From assembly GCA_963765765.1 (NCBI GenBank), contig CAVXYC010000032.1, forward strand, positions 32,001 to 96,000: 64,000 nucleotides of DNA, read 5' to 3'. Positions 43,975-54,669 of the stretch are shown here, piece after piece. Positions within the stretch are counted from its first letter, which is position 1; every line of letters starts with the position of its first letter. The stretch is from an uncultured Chloroflexia bacterium (GTDB taxonomy: Bacteria; Chloroflexota; UBA6077; JACCZL01). The translations under genes and the position numbers were made by a program. The notes beneath the pieces are model-generated. The model was not told the origin of the DNA. It did no database searches and worked only from the letters and a program-made list of their open reading frames with translations.

Positions 43975-44343
43975 ATGGAATCGGATACCCCGTCGGGCAT
44001 GCTGAGTGGCTATATCTGTCCCACCTGCGGCGGCGCATTGTGGGGACAGCGCGATGGGCATAGTGCGACCGCGTACGAATGCCGCATCGGGCACTCCTTC
44101 ACCGCGGAGCAGCTCTGGACAGCCCACTGCGCGCAACGAAACCAGGCGCTGATGGTGGCCGAGCGGTCGCTGGCGGAGAACGCTGCGCTCGCCCGTGAGT
44201 TGGCGGAGCTGGGTCGAGCGCTCGGCAAGGACAGTCTCGCGGCGGACCTTGAGGACGAAGCCGCGACCGAGGAGCGCTACCTCGCGCAGGTGCGGGCCAT
44301 GCTGGACGGCCTCCAGGAGGATGACGGCGCCGCCAACGCCTAG
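43975..44343 (+). CDS. Stand-alone CheB C-terminal-like Cys/His domain protein
   Basis: CPTCGGALW...YECRIGHSF followed by a helical region. Confidence 0.65.
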   Translation: MESDTPSGMLSGYICPTCGGALWGQRDGHSATAYECRIGHSFTAEQLWTAHCAQRNQALMVAERSLAENAALARELAELGRALGKDSLAADLEDEAATEERYLAQVRAMLDGLQEDDGAANA

Positions 44344-44462
44344 CGCAGCGCGGCAATTATCTGCTCGGAAATACTCGATGCACGCAGCTCTCCCTGGCCA
44401 GGGTGGGTTGGTGGCCATAGGGAACTGTCTGCCACCCGACCCCCAGCCTAAGGACTCCATCC

Positions 44463-45169
44463 ATGCGAAGACCTCGACCGCCGTCGCCCACACTCGGTTA
44501 TCAGGACTGGCGGGAGCTTCTCTTCCTCCACTGGCCGGTGTCCCCGGACGTTCTCCTGCCGATGATTCCGGCCCCGCTCACGCTGGACCTCTTTCGGGAG
44601 GTGGCCTATGTCAGCCTGGTTCCCTTTGTGATCAAATCCGCCCGTCCAATCGGCCTGCCGGAGCGTTCGGCGTGGATTTTCAGGAGACGAACGTCCGCAC
44701 CTATGTGCGCGCGAGGGGAGAGGATCCTGGCATCTACATGTTCTCGCTCGACGCCGGATCGCGCGCGGCGGTCCTCGGAGCTCGCCTCGCGTACGGCTTG
44801 CCATACTACTTCGCTGATACATGGCTGCGACGTGACCGGGATGGGGTAGACTACGCGCTGCGTCGCCGCTCGGGCACACAACCCCGCCTCCGTGTCCGGT
44901 ACCGGCCCGGGGAGGTCCTGGGTGTGTCGGCTCCCGGCACGCTCGACCACTTCTTGATCGAACGATATCGGTTACACGTCAAGCGTGGCCCGACGATGTG
45001 GACGCTCCCGGTCAGCCACGCACCCTACGTGCTCCAGCGGGCTCACGTCCTGGCGCTCGAGAGTCAACTAATCGGCACCGCGGGCATCGCCACGCTCGGG
45101 GAAGTGTCCTTGGCGCACTACGTGGCCGGCGTGAACGTCTCGCTCCTCCCGCCCCGGGTGACGGTCTAG
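44463..45169 (+). CDS. YqjF/DUF2071 family protein (frameshift ~44670)
   Basis: QDWRELLFLHWPV, FQETNVRTYV, FSLDA, GLPY, FLIERY. Confidence 0.88.
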
Positions 45170-45250
45170 GGACTGGCGGGGAACGGCGGTCTTCGCCCTC
45201 GGCATGACCCTTGCACAACGCTGCGCCACACCGCCAAGGAGTCTCATCGC

Positions 45251-45763
45251 ATGACCAGCGAGACCCAGACGCGAGGCGTCGACGCGCAGGAGGCGACGTA
45301 CCTCGCGATCACCAGCACATTCCTCACAGCCTTCGGGGCTTTCGTAGCGTCCGTCGGATCGCGCCGCGCATTTGAGCCCCGGGCTACCGACCTCGTCTTG
45401 CTCGGCCTGGCGTCCCAACGGCTCGGGAGACTGGTGGCATTCGACCGAGTCGCCCAGCCAGAGCGGCAGTTATTCACTCGGACGGTGGAGGACGCGAGCG
45501 GGGCGGGCGAGACAGTGGTCGCCACCGGTCGGGGCGCGCGCCGAGCGATCGGCGAGTTGTTATCGTGTCCCGTCTGCATCGGCACATGGTCGGCGGCAGC
45601 GCTCACCTACGCGCTGCACTTGGCGCCCGGGCCCGCGCGTATCTTCATCACTATCCTCGCGGCCAGCGGGTTGGCCGAGCTCTCCAATTCCGCGGTGGAA
45701 GCAATGAGCTGGAGCAGCCGTGCCGCGCGCACCGAGGTCGGGGAACGTCTTTCCCAGCATTGA
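45251..45763 (+). CDS. DUF1360 family membrane protein
   Basis: AIGELLSCPVCIGTW; AGGAG RBS. Confidence 0.85.
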   Translation: MTSETQTRGVDAQEATYLAITSTFLTAFGAFVASVGSRRAFEPRATDLVLLGLASQRLGRLVAFDRVAQPERQLFTRTVEDASGAGETVVATGRGARRAIGELLSCPVCIGTWSAAALTYALHLAPGPARIFITILAASGLAELSNSAVEAMSWSSRAARTEVGERLSQH

Positions 45764-46021
45764 TTGCTCACTTCCAGTGCCGCGCGCTCGTCCTACCGGC
45801 CGCGCCCCTGGGTTCCTAGACGACGCGAGCGCCGCGGACGTGGCATCGTCTAGGCTGCACCATCGCAACTGGGGCCCCGGTCTGAGCGCCGACGGCTAGC
45901 GCTTTTCTCGGTGACCTGGTTGGCGTCGGCGTTCATCTGGTGCGCCCCGCTTCCGACGTGGGTATGCGAGCGCCGTGATGCATTGCAAGCAGTGGGCGCG
46001 TCAGCACACCTTGGGGGTGGA

Positions 46022-46055
46022 GGCCGCGGGTACTCGGGCAAGAGTACCCGCGGCC
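46022..46055. terminator. Perfect 14-bp hairpin between convergent genes
   Basis: GGCCGCGGGTACTC-gggcaa-GAGTACCCGCGGCC; no clear U-tract. Confidence 0.5.
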
Positions 46056-46076
46056 ATGTCAACTCTTAGTCGACTT

Positions 46077-46340
46077 CTAGTCGTCTGGTCCGAAGTTATC
46101 GGGGAAGATCAGTCGACGAAAGCCTTCCACCACGAGTCCAGTGGCTCCTAATGCGGCGAAAGGCATCAGGCAATCCAATGGTGAGGCCAGAGGCATCATC
46201 GTGCGCGGAAGACCCGGGGGTGGCACAGGTGGAGCGAGCACCAGATTGGATCGGTTCTGCCAGAAAAGGTACACCACTCCCATGGACGCCAGTCCCGCGA
46301 GAATGAGCCCAAGCCCGACGAGTCGCTCTCGCAGGGCCAT
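46077..46340 (-). CDS. Small 2-TM membrane protein
   Basis: Two hydrophobic helices around a Pro-rich loop; directly follows the GT2 gene. Confidence 0.6.
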   Translation of the reverse strand: MALRERLVGLGLILAGLASMGVVYLFWQNRSNLVLAPPVPPPGLPRTMMPLASPLDCLMPFAALGATGLVVEGFRRLIFPDNFGPDD

Positions 46341-46342
46341 GG

Positions 46343-47092
46343 TTAAGGGCTATGCTCCCTGCTGGTGAGAGGCGCGGCTGGCCCCTGTCGAGCGAGCTCC
46401 TCGTCTAGGTGAAGACGAAGCCAGATGAGCTCGCGAAACGCCCGCGCGATCACGTCGAGTCGCGCGCCGGTGGGTTGACCCGCGGGACGCGGATAGTGGC
46501 TGGCCCGATGCTCGATGATGCGGTAGCCGAGGCGACGGGCCTTGATCAGGAACTCCGCGCTGAATGTCGCGCCAGTGGCGCGCACATGGACACGGTCCAG
46601 AATGGATCGGCGAAAGAGCTTGAATGCACAGTCTACGTCTTTCGCGGTGTAGCCAAACAGCACATTGACCAAGGAGTTCCACCCCCAACCAAAGAATAGT
46701 CGCTTCGGGGGGTCTCTTCGTGGGTCTCGGTAGCCGATGACCAGGTCCGCGTTCCGCATCAACGGCAAGAAGTTCACCAGCTCTCGGATATCGAATTGCT
46801 TGTCGCCGTCCGTAAGAAAGACCAGCTCGCGTGTGGCGGCACCGAACCCAGTTCCCAGCGCCGCGCCGTATCCACGGTTGTGCTCATGGCTGACGCAGCG
46901 AACGTGGGCATTACTGGCGGACAGCTTGTCCATGACTGCACGAGTTCCATCGCGGCTTCCGTCGTTCACTACGATGACCTCGTAATCCGACGTCAGGGTT
47001 TGAAGGAAATCGACCACGGCGCCGACAGTAGCGCCAATGACAGCCTCTTCGTTGAAGGCGGGCAGAACTACGGAAATGCTGGGTTGGGACAC
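46343..47092 (-). CDS. GT2 glycosyltransferase (polyprenol-phosphate sugar synthase-like)
   Basis: SVVLPAFNEE, VNDGSRD, NRGYGAAL, TDGDKQF, DVDCAFKLF. Confidence 0.92.
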   Translation of the reverse strand: MSQPSISVVLPAFNEEAVIGATVGAVVDFLQTLTSDYEVIVVNDGSRDGTRAVMDKLSASNAHVRCVSHEHNRGYGAALGTGFGAATRELVFLTDGDKQFDIRELVNFLPLMRNADLVIGYRDPRRDPPKRLFFGWGWNSLVNVLFGYTAKDVDCAFKLFRRSILDRVHVRATGATFSAEFLIKARRLGYRIIEHRASHYPRPAGQPTGARLDVIARAFRELIWLRLHLDEELARQGPAAPLTSREHSP

Positions 47093-47227
47093 TAAGGCTC
47101 CGTCCGGCGGGGACGCGCGGGTGAGGTTGAGTATAGGGAAACGCCGGCCGGGCCCGCTGACAGCATGTTTTGAGTCGGCCCCTGCCGATTCGCGCGGAGC
47201 TGCAGGTACCTATGTCTATAATGTCGC

Positions 47228-47713
47228 GTGGCCCAATGTGCTCGCGCGCGTGAGAAAGTGCTGCCTCTGGACGCCCTGATTATCTCGCTCGAGACCATTC
47301 GACCCCGGCGCATCGCACTCACCAACGGCTGTTTCGATCTCCTCCACCTGGGGCACATTCGTTCGCTCGAGCACGCGGCGTCGTTAGGCGACGTTTTGAT
47401 CGTCGGCATCAATAGTGACGATTCGGTGAAGGCGCTAAAGGGCGCGGATCGGCCGCTCCTTCCCGCCGACGAGCGGGCTGAGATGATTGCGGCGCTCGGT
47501 TGCGTGGATCTGGTGACGATCTTTTCCGAGCTCACTGCTGAGGCGCTCGTTAGGGCAGTGAAGCCAGATGTTTACGTCAAGGGTGCAGACTATGGCGAAG
47601 CACCTCTTCCCGAGGCTGCAATTGTGCGAGGCTACGGCGGACAAATCGAGCTTGTGCCGCTTGTTCCCGGTCTGTCCACCAGCTCCATCATCGAACGCAT
47701 GCGCGCTCACTGA
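47228..47713 (+). CDS. RfaE domain II-like nucleotidyltransferase
   Basis: TNGCFDLLHLGH, GINSDDSV, KGADY, STSSII. Confidence 0.9.
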   Translation: MAQCARAREKVLPLDALIISLETIRPRRIALTNGCFDLLHLGHIRSLEHAASLGDVLIVGINSDDSVKALKGADRPLLPADERAEMIAALGCVDLVTIFSELTAEALVRAVKPDVYVKGADYGEAPLPEAAIVRGYGGQIELVPLVPGLSTSSIIERMRAH

Positions 47714-47825
47714 CCACGTTGATTGCTGCCACGCGGCTGGCTCGAGCGATCCGAGCTCGCCATGGGCGTGTTGACGCCAGAACAGAAGACCCAGCTCATC
47801 GCATGAGCGGATTTCGAGGATAAGA

Positions 47826-49127
47826 ATGACGCGTTGGTTCGTGAGGCTGGCTCTGCTCGTGGCGTTGGCGAGCACGGCACGCGCGGCCGTGCATGCAGAA
47901 GAGCTATCGGATAATCAGCGCGCTGAAATACAGGCTGATGTCTCCGTGATACGAGGCCTCCCTGCCATTTCGGACGTCGCAATCAAACGCGTCAGTCAAG
48001 CGGAGCTACGGGCTCAGTTCCTTGAAGAGCTCAATGACCCGGAGACGATCGAGTCGCTCAAGACGACAAAGAAGTACAACGTGCTCCTTGGTCTGGTTCC
48101 GGCTGACATTGATCTCCATGACGTTCTAGTCAGTACGCTCTCCGGCGCGGTCATCGGACAGTATCGTCCAGCCGATAAGACGATGTATCTGGTGGCGGAT
48201 GAGAGCGCGTCTGTGGGACCCGACACCAAGATCGTCGTTGCACACGAATATACCCACGCGCTGCAGGACCAACACTTTGGACTCGAAGCGCTCACCTCGA
48301 AGACTAAGGATCACGACGACCGGGCTCAGGCCTTACGAGCCTTGTTCGAGGGCGATGCATCCATCGTTGAGCTTCTCTACGAGCGGGAGCGAATCTCCGG
48401 GGACGAGGCGGCAGAGCTGCGCCGTCAGCGCTCTCAGGCTCCCGATACCATGTTGACTGCCCCGTTCATCCTGCAGGAAGAGCTAAAGTTTCCGTACGTC
48501 GAAGGCATCTTTTTCAATATCGACCTCTGGCAACGTGGCGGATTCTCAGCAATCGACGGAGCATATCGGGATCCGCCAGTCTCCACGGAGCAGATCCTTC
48601 ATCCGGAGAAATACGAGTCTCGCGAAGCGCCGGTGGAGCTAGGGATGCCTGATCTACTTCCCGTGTTTGGCCCCGAGTGGCGTCAAACATACGCGAACGT
48701 GATGGGGGAGCTTGAACTGCGCATACTCATTGAGCAGTTCACTGACTCTTCATTGGCCGCGCGCGCCGCGGCAGGGTGGGGCGGCGACGCGTTCGTTGTT
48801 CTGGAGGGCCCGGGGGAGCATGTTGCCTGGGTGATGGACAGCGCCTGGGATTCCGATGAAGAGGCACGCGAATTCTCGGATTCCTTCGGGTTTGCGCTCC
48901 AGCGGCGGTTCGGGACGTCCCGCGCCACCCTGCAAGAGGAGGGTGGAAAGGCGCTATGGAGCACTCCGGTGGGAGTGGTTGGCGCGGCTGGGTCGGGCTC
49001 CCGCGTAGCGATTGTCTACGCGCCTGATCGGGCTCAATCAGAAGCCGTGCTGGCCTTATTGTCACCTCAATCCACGGCACCCAGGCTTCCGGTCGCAACC
49101 CCTAAACCAGCGCCCGATTCGCCCTAA
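47826..49127 (+). CDS. Secreted zincin-like (HExxH) protein
   Basis: Signal peptide, VAHEYTHALQDQHF, EGDA, PPVSTEQILHPEKY, AAAGWGGD. Confidence 0.75.
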   Translation: MTRWFVRLALLVALASTARAAVHAEELSDNQRAEIQADVSVIRGLPAISDVAIKRVSQAELRAQFLEELNDPETIESLKTTKKYNVLLGLVPADIDLHDVLVSTLSGAVIGQYRPADKTMYLVADESASVGPDTKIVVAHEYTHALQDQHFGLEALTSKTKDHDDRAQALRALFEGDASIVELLYERERISGDEAAELRRQRSQAPDTMLTAPFILQEELKFPYVEGIFFNIDLWQRGGFSAIDGAYRDPPVSTEQILHPEKYESREAPVELGMPDLLPVFGPEWRQTYANVMGELELRILIEQFTDSSLAARAAAGWGGDAFVVLEGPGEHVAWVMDSAWDSDEEAREFSDSFGFALQRRFGTSRATLQEEGGKALWSTPVGVVGAAGSGSRVAIVYAPDRAQSEAVLALLSPQSTAPRLPVATPKPAPDSP

Positions 49128-49179
49128 ATCCCCTCTCAGTGCCAAGTATCCTAGCGAATCCTGCTAGGATACACGTCAT

Positions 49180-50046
49180 ATGCGTCTCCGTTTCATCGGC
49201 CCGCCGACAGCTACTGCGCGTCCAGCGTCACCCGTGACATCGCGCGCCACATCCATCTCTGTCATACGTGGGGCGGCTGTAGTCGGTGGCGTGCTCATTA
49301 CGCTGCTGATAGCCCTTCCGGTAGCGGCCATATTTATTCGACTTTTTTCTCAGGGCGGAGTTCTGGAGTCGCTAGGGCGTCCACTCGTGCTCGAGGCGCT
49401 CCGACTTAGCGCGTGGACCAGCCTTGTGTCGCTCGCCCTTGCGATTGGCAGTGGTACGCCCCTGGCGTTTGCGCTGGCTCGGTACCAATTCAGGGGACGA
49501 GCATTTCTGGACAGCTTGATCGATCTCCCCATGGTGCTGCCTCCCGCCGTGGCTGGTATTGGTCTGCTGATGGCGTTTGGCCGACGCGGTCTGCTTGGTC
49601 CATGGCTCGAGAGCATGGGAATCACCATCGGCTTCACGACTGGTGCAGTCGTACTGGCACAGCTCTTCGTCGCAGCGCCGTTCTACATCCGCGCTGCCAG
49701 CGCCGGTTTCCAGGCAGTGGATCGGGAGCTGGAAGCTGCTGCTCTTGTCCACGGCGTCTCGAGCGAGAGGACCTTCTGGCGCGTCACGGTCCCGATTGCC
49801 GCTCCGGCGCTTGTGGGCGGTGCGGTCATGTGCTGGGCGCGAGCGTTAGGTGAGTTCGGGGCAACAATTATGTTTGCCGGCAGCTTCGCCGGACGTACGC
49901 AGACGATGCCCTTGGCGATCTATGCGGCGCTCGAGAGCGATCTCAACGCCGCGCTCGTCCTCTCCGCGCTGCTCGTGCTCGTTTCGATGGTTCTGTTGGT
50001 GGGGCTCCGGCTGGCGTTCAAGAGAATTACGGGTGTCGGCATCTAA
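49180..50046 (+). CDS. modB: Molybdate ABC transporter permease
   Basis: DLPMVLPPAVAGIGLL, WARALGEFGATIMFAG, TQTMPLAIY. Confidence 0.85.
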   Translation: MRLRFIGPPTATARPASPVTSRATSISVIRGAAVVGGVLITLLIALPVAAIFIRLFSQGGVLESLGRPLVLEALRLSAWTSLVSLALAIGSGTPLAFALARYQFRGRAFLDSLIDLPMVLPPAVAGIGLLMAFGRRGLLGPWLESMGITIGFTTGAVVLAQLFVAAPFYIRAASAGFQAVDRELEAAALVHGVSSERTFWRVTVPIAAPALVGGAVMCWARALGEFGATIMFAGSFAGRTQTMPLAIYAALESDLNAALVLSALLVLVSMVLLVGLRLAFKRITGVGI

Positions 50047-50078
50047 CACGCCGCGGTGAACATCGCTGGCGCGCCGCC

Positions 50079-50918
50079 TTAGTCGCCGCCCGACATTCGC
50101 TGGATCAGCGCCTCGAGTTCTTCATTGGAGTAGTAGTGGATCACCATACGTCCGCCGTTGGGGCCGTGGTGCAGCTCTACCTTGGTCCGCAGTGTTTCCC
50201 TGAGTCGATCTTGCAAGGCAAGCACGTCTGCATCAGTTTGGCGCGGGCTGTGAGACCCCTCTCCAGATGCCAGAAGACGGCGCGCCCTCGCCTCGGTCTT
50301 CCGCACTGAGAGGCCTTCGCTGATGACCATCGCCAGGAGCGCCTGTTGATCATCCGGCTCGGGGCAGAAGAGAAGTGCCCGTGCATGACCTTCGGTAATC
50401 GTGCCCGCGTGTAGAGCTTCCATCGCCTCTTGCTGTAGGCGCAAGAGGCGTAGCGTGTTTGCGATCGTTGCGCGATTTTTCCCAACGCGCTGCGCCACTT
50501 CATCCTGCGTCAGCCCGTGATCCTGAATGAGCTGTTGATACGCGCTGGCGGATTCCAGTGGATTGAGATCCTGACGTTGAATATTCTCCACAAGCGCCAG
50601 CTCGAGCTGCTGTCGGGGAGTGACCTCTCGTACCACCGCTGGAACCGTTGCCAGTCCGGCCTCACGCGCCGCGCGCCAGCGCCGCTCGCCTGCGATCAAC
50701 GTGTAGCCATCACCGGTCTGGCTCACGAGGAGTGGTTGGAGTAGCCCGTGTTGGCGGATCGAATTGGTCAGCTCTTCCAACGTTGCTGGATCGAAGCGCT
50801 CACGCGGCTGCGAGGGGTTGGGGACGATCGCGTCAAGCTGGACCTGGACAACGCCCCGATCTCCACGTGGGATCAGCGCATCAAGGCCCCGACCGAGACC
50901 GCCGCGTTGACTCTTCAC
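50079..50918 (-). CDS. parB: Chromosome partitioning protein ParB/Spo0J
   Basis: GLGRGLDALI, NPSQPR, IAGERRWRAA, ENIQRQDLNPLE. Confidence 0.95.
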   Translation of the reverse strand: MKSQRGGLGRGLDALIPRGDRGVVQVQLDAIVPNPSQPRERFDPATLEELTNSIRQHGLLQPLLVSQTGDGYTLIAGERRWRAAREAGLATVPAVVREVTPRQQLELALVENIQRQDLNPLESASAYQQLIQDHGLTQDEVAQRVGKNRATIANTLRLLRLQQEAMEALHAGTITEGHARALLFCPEPDDQQALLAMVISEGLSVRKTEARARRLLASGEGSHSPRQTDADVLALQDRLRETLRTKVELHHGPNGGRMVIHYYSNEELEALIQRMSGGD

Positions 50919-51675
50919 TGCACTCTCCGGCGAACTTCTTCGGCGAGCTCCGCGTATGCCTTTGCGCCCCGGGAGCTGGGATCATATGTGCGCGCGGGTT
51001 GCCCATAGCTGGGCGCCTCACTCAGCCGCACCGACCGCGGGATGATACTCCGGAGTACGGCACGTGGAAAATGTGTCTGAACTTCTCTCACTACCTGGGT
51101 ACTCAGGCTCGTGCGTAGATCGTGCATGGTCATCAGAACGCCCAGCAGCCGGAGTTGTGGATTCATCCCCTCACGGACGAGATCGAGCGTCTCCAGGAGC
51201 TGACCCAGCCCCTCCAGTGCCAGATACTCACACTGCACGGGAATCAGCACGTCCGTAGCGGCGGCGAGCGCGTTCACCGTCAGGATGCCCAGTGAAGGTG
51301 GGCAGTCGATGATGATCGTCTCGTATGGTCCATCCAGCGCATGCAATGCGGCGGCTAGGCGGTGCTCATACCGGCCGCACCAGCGAGTTCGATCTGAGCG
51401 CCTGCCAGAGATCCGTTCGCCGGTGCGAGGTCCAGACCGGGCTGCACATCCGGATGAATGATGTCCGCCATGCTACGCTCCCCCATGATGACGTCGTAGG
51501 TGGAGCTCTCTACAGCGCGCCAGTCAACGCCGAGTGAGCTGGTGGCATTTGATTGCGAGTCCATGTCCACGAGGAGCGTTCGTGCGGTGGTCCCGAGCTC
51601 CGCGCTCAAGTTCACGGCCGTGGTGGTCTTTCCAACACCGCCCTTCTGATTGACGACCGCGATGATTCTGGACAA
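50915..51675 (-). CDS. parA: ParA/Soj ATPase (frameshift ~51360)
   Basis: NQKGGVGKTTT in ORF 51355-51675; IDCPPSLG and VRLSEAPSYG in ORF 50915-51346. Confidence 0.93.
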
Positions 51676-51766
51676 CGTAATACCTAGGAGCCGATATCAA
51701 TAACTTTAAGGACCGCGGAGCATTGAGCTAACGACTCTCGCTGTCTTCGAAGCTCCTGATATCCCC

Positions 51767-52621
51767 TCACTTAGGCGTGTTGGGCAGTCGCTTCCCGGCG
51801 GCCCAACGTTCCTCAATCTGCTCCGCGGTTGGAACCGCCTCATGACCCTTTCGCTCGACCGCGAAGGATGCTACGCAGTTAGCAAAATCTGCGCTGGCGA
51901 AGGGATCGCCGGTGGCTGCTAGACGGGTGAAGTATGCCGCGGCGAAGAAATCACCGCTCCCGGTTGGATCCACAATTTTTCCGCTGGCGAAGGCTGGAGA
52001 ATGGCGCGATGTGCCTTTATGGTGGACAACCGCGCCGGCATCACCATACGTCAGAACGAGGACTTTACCTTTAGCAGCCCACGATTCTATACGGCCGGGA
52101 TCATCCACATCGTCAATGCTCATGACAACGGCGTTGGCGCGCGCAAGGACGGCGTTGGCATTCTTCCAATCTGTTGGCCGAACCACGCCGGCTTGGTCCC
52201 AGGCACGCATCCAGCCCTGTGGGGTTACGCCAATGAACGCCTTGGGGAACGCGCTGAGGAAATCGTTCTCCACCTCGCGGGCCACCGGGGCGAGATGCAC
52301 AATCGGCGTGTCGCGCCACTCTGGCAGAAGCTGCTTTGCGGAAAGCGACGGCGCAATCGCCTCTACCTTCTGCCGGCGAATGAGATTCTCGTACGTATTG
52401 GTGAACCGTGTGCTGTCTTCAGCGGGAATGCGCGCTACGCGCACGTCACCCAGTACATCTACGAGTGCTGGTTCGAAGCTCGCCGCGGTGAGTAGGCCCA
52501 CACGCTTTCCCAGCACAGCGGCAATGAGAGAGGCGTACGTGGCGGTCCCGCCGAGCGTTGGACCATCGGGCGTCTGGTCGGCCGTAACGTGGCCGACCAC
52601 CAGATAATCGAGCTCAGGCAT
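51767..52621 (-). CDS. PfkB-family carbohydrate kinase
   Basis: LGGTATY, VDPTGSGDFFAA. Confidence 0.88.
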   Translation of the reverse strand: MPELDYLVVGHVTADQTPDGPTLGGTATYASLIAAVLGKRVGLLTAASFEPALVDVLGDVRVARIPAEDSTRFTNTYENLIRRQKVEAIAPSLSAKQLLPEWRDTPIVHLAPVAREVENDFLSAFPKAFIGVTPQGWMRAWDQAGVVRPTDWKNANAVLARANAVVMSIDDVDDPGRIESWAAKGKVLVLTYGDAGAVVHHKGTSRHSPAFASGKIVDPTGSGDFFAAAYFTRLAATGDPFASADFANCVASFAVERKGHEAVPTAEQIEERWAAGKRLPNTPK

Positions 52622-52701
52622 CGACTAGCGAGACGAAAGGCGAGTGGCGGCTGCCGAGGAGGTGGGTCCAGAAGTTTGTCTTCTGTGGCTCGCGGTCCGG
52701 T

Positions 52702-53505
52702 TCATCGCCCTCGTCCTCGAGGAACATCCCTGCCCACATCCAGATTGCCGAGTCGCTGTGGCTGGCGTGGGGAGACGACGACGCGGCGGTTGTCGCCCTC
52801 ACCGATCGAGTGTGTGGTGACGTACGGATGCTGTTGGAGTGCCATGTGTACGGTGCGCCGCTCGGCGGGCTGCATTGGATCCAGGAAGATGGGCTGACGA
52901 TAGCGCTGGGCCCGCTCGGCCGCTCGCAACGCGATATCACGGAGCATCCGGCTGCGGCGCTCACGATAGCCTTCCATGTCAACGATGACACGAACTCGCT
53001 TGGAGAGGCGTCGACTGGTCATCAGGCCAGTGACGAACTGAAGCGCGCTGAGCGTTTCTCCGTGGTGACCGATCAGAATACCTAGGTATTCTCCCTCTAC
53101 TTCCAGCTCGACGGTTGGCAATCCCTCATCGTCCACGGCGCGGGTGACGACAACATCTGCTTCCATCTCCATGGCGTGCAGAATGTCATCCAGGGTGGCG
53201 CGTGCGGCCTCGGCGATGGGCTCCATCTCGGGACTCGGTGCTACCCATTGAGCAACGTCATCGTCCGAGGCATCGTCCTCGAGCTCTTCATCGTCCTCAG
53301 GCAGCGCGTCATCGTCGTACTCGTCATCCGGGGTTATAGGGTCGTCCACGCGCGCACGTGGCGTGACGCGCACGAGCGCCAACACCTCTGATCCACCCGG
53401 ATCCAGAATCTCGATATCGACCTCGTCACGTTCGAGGCCGAGCTCATCTAGGGCATTTTCGACGGCGTCATCGACCGTACGGCCGGTTGCCTCAACGCTT
53501 TCCAC
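52702..53505 (-). CDS. jag: RNA-binding protein Jag/KhpB (EloR)
   Basis: ATGRTVDDAV, LIGHHGETLSALQ (KH), ERRTVHMAL (R3H). Confidence 0.93.
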   Translation of the reverse strand: MESVEATGRTVDDAVENALDELGLERDEVDIEILDPGGSEVLALVRVTPRARVDDPITPDDEYDDDALPEDDEELEDDASDDDVAQWVAPSPEMEPIAEAARATLDDILHAMEMEADVVVTRAVDDEGLPTVELEVEGEYLGILIGHHGETLSALQFVTGLMTSRRLSKRVRVIVDMEGYRERRSRMLRDIALRAAERAQRYRQPIFLDPMQPAERRTVHMALQQHPYVTTHSIGEGDNRRVVVSPRQPQRLGNLDVGRDVPRGRGR

Positions 53506-54373
53506 CGCGTTTCCTCTTACCGCTGGATTTGGCGCCTCTACCCGATGCGGGCGCCCGCGTTCCCTCCGAGCTGCCCTCGGAATCACCTGCTGGAAGGATT
53601 TGTGCTTGGCCGTTAGAGTCGTTCGCGTTTGCGCCCTTGGGCCGCTTCGATCCTACGGTCCCACTGCTATCGTCGGACTTATTGCCACCGAGTCCTGGGA
53701 TTAGCGGAAACAGCGATCCCCATCCGGTGGTGAAGTACTGCTGCACCAGACTGACCACATTACTTACCACCCAGTACATCACCAGTCCAGACGGCAAGGT
53801 GAATGTGACGCCCAAGAATACCAGGGGCATGAACGTCATCATGCGGTTCATCATCTGCTGCTGCGGATCCGTGGAGGGCATGGTCATCATGCGCTGCAGA
53901 ACCAACTGAGTAACGCCTGTCAGGATGGCCATGATGTATAGCGGGTCGGGATCTCCCAGACTTGGCATCCATAGGAATGCTTCGCGGAACTGGGGGTCAC
54001 CATTGTCGTGCGACGACAGGGTGATGAGCGCGGAATAAAGCCCGATAAAAATGGGCATTTGGATAAGGAGAGGTAGACACCCTGACGCGGGATTGACGCC
54101 GTTCTCCTTATAGATGCGCATCGTCTCTTGAGTGACGCGCTCGCGATCGTTGCCGTACTTCCTCTGGATCTCCTTGACTTGCGGCTGAATTGCCGTCATC
54201 GCCTTCTGCGAGCGCATCTGGTAACGGCTCAGCGGAAACATGACCAATCGAATGGCGATGGTGAACAGGATGATGGCCAGCCCGCCGCTGCCGGTCAGGT
54301 TAGCCAGATACTTCAACCCGTCAATGAGGGGATGAACGATGATCAAGTTCCAGATATCGGTAAACTGATCCAC
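53492..54373 (-). CDS. yidC: Membrane protein insertase YidC
   Basis: [27 protein letters not shown]. Confidence 0.95.
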   Translation of the reverse strand: MDQFTDIWNLIIVHPLIDGLKYLANLTGSGGLAIILFTIAIRLVMFPLSRYQMRSQKAMTAIQPQVKEIQRKYGNDRERVTQETMRIYKENGVNPASGCLPLLIQMPIFIGLYSALITLSSHDNGDPQFREAFLWMPSLGDPDPLYIMAILTGVTQLVLQRMMTMPSTDPQQQMMNRMMTFMPLVFLGVTFTLPSGLVMYWVVSNVVSLVQQYFTTGWGSLFPLIPGLGGNKSDDSSGTVGSKRPKGANANDSNGQAQILPAGDSEGSSEGTRAPASGRGAKSSGKRKRGGKR

Positions 54374-54408
54374 GCTACTGCCGCGCCTCCATACAGGTCG
54401 GACACATC

Positions 54409-54450
54409 ATGAAGTGTTTCGCAATCGTTATGAGGTGTCTCGCAATCGTT
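54409..54450. repeat. 21-bp tandem duplication
   Basis: atgaagtgtttcgcaatcgtt / atgaggtgtctcgcaatcgtt (2 mismatches). Confidence 0.8.
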
Positions 54451-54666
54451 CCGGAACGGGTCGAACCCGCCGGGATGAAATGGGTGGCATCGGCTGAGGC
54501 GACCGGCTGCCATCCAGATGCCTCGCGCTACGCCATATTCGCTCACTGCGTCGTGAGCGTAGACGGAGCAGGTCGGGTAAAACCGGCAGGCGGACGGCAG
54601 CATGGGAGATACGCATACCTTGTAGGCGTGGAGCGCACCGAGTACCAGCCGCGTACCGAGGGGCAT
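54428..54666 (-). CDS. yidD: Membrane protein insertion efficiency factor (3' frameshift)
   Basis: [23 protein letters not shown]; the expected VP ending continues in the alternative frame to the stop at 54428. Confidence 0.92.
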
Positions 54667-54669
54667 CGA

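Noticed and set aside
50858-50875. parS-like CCACGTGG palindrome in parB
   Set aside because: Outer positions deviate from the TGTTNCACGTGAAACA consensus.
54409-54450. 21-bp repeats as CRISPR
   Set aside because: Two adjacent copies, no spacers, no cas genes; no CRISPR array seen anywhere in the window.
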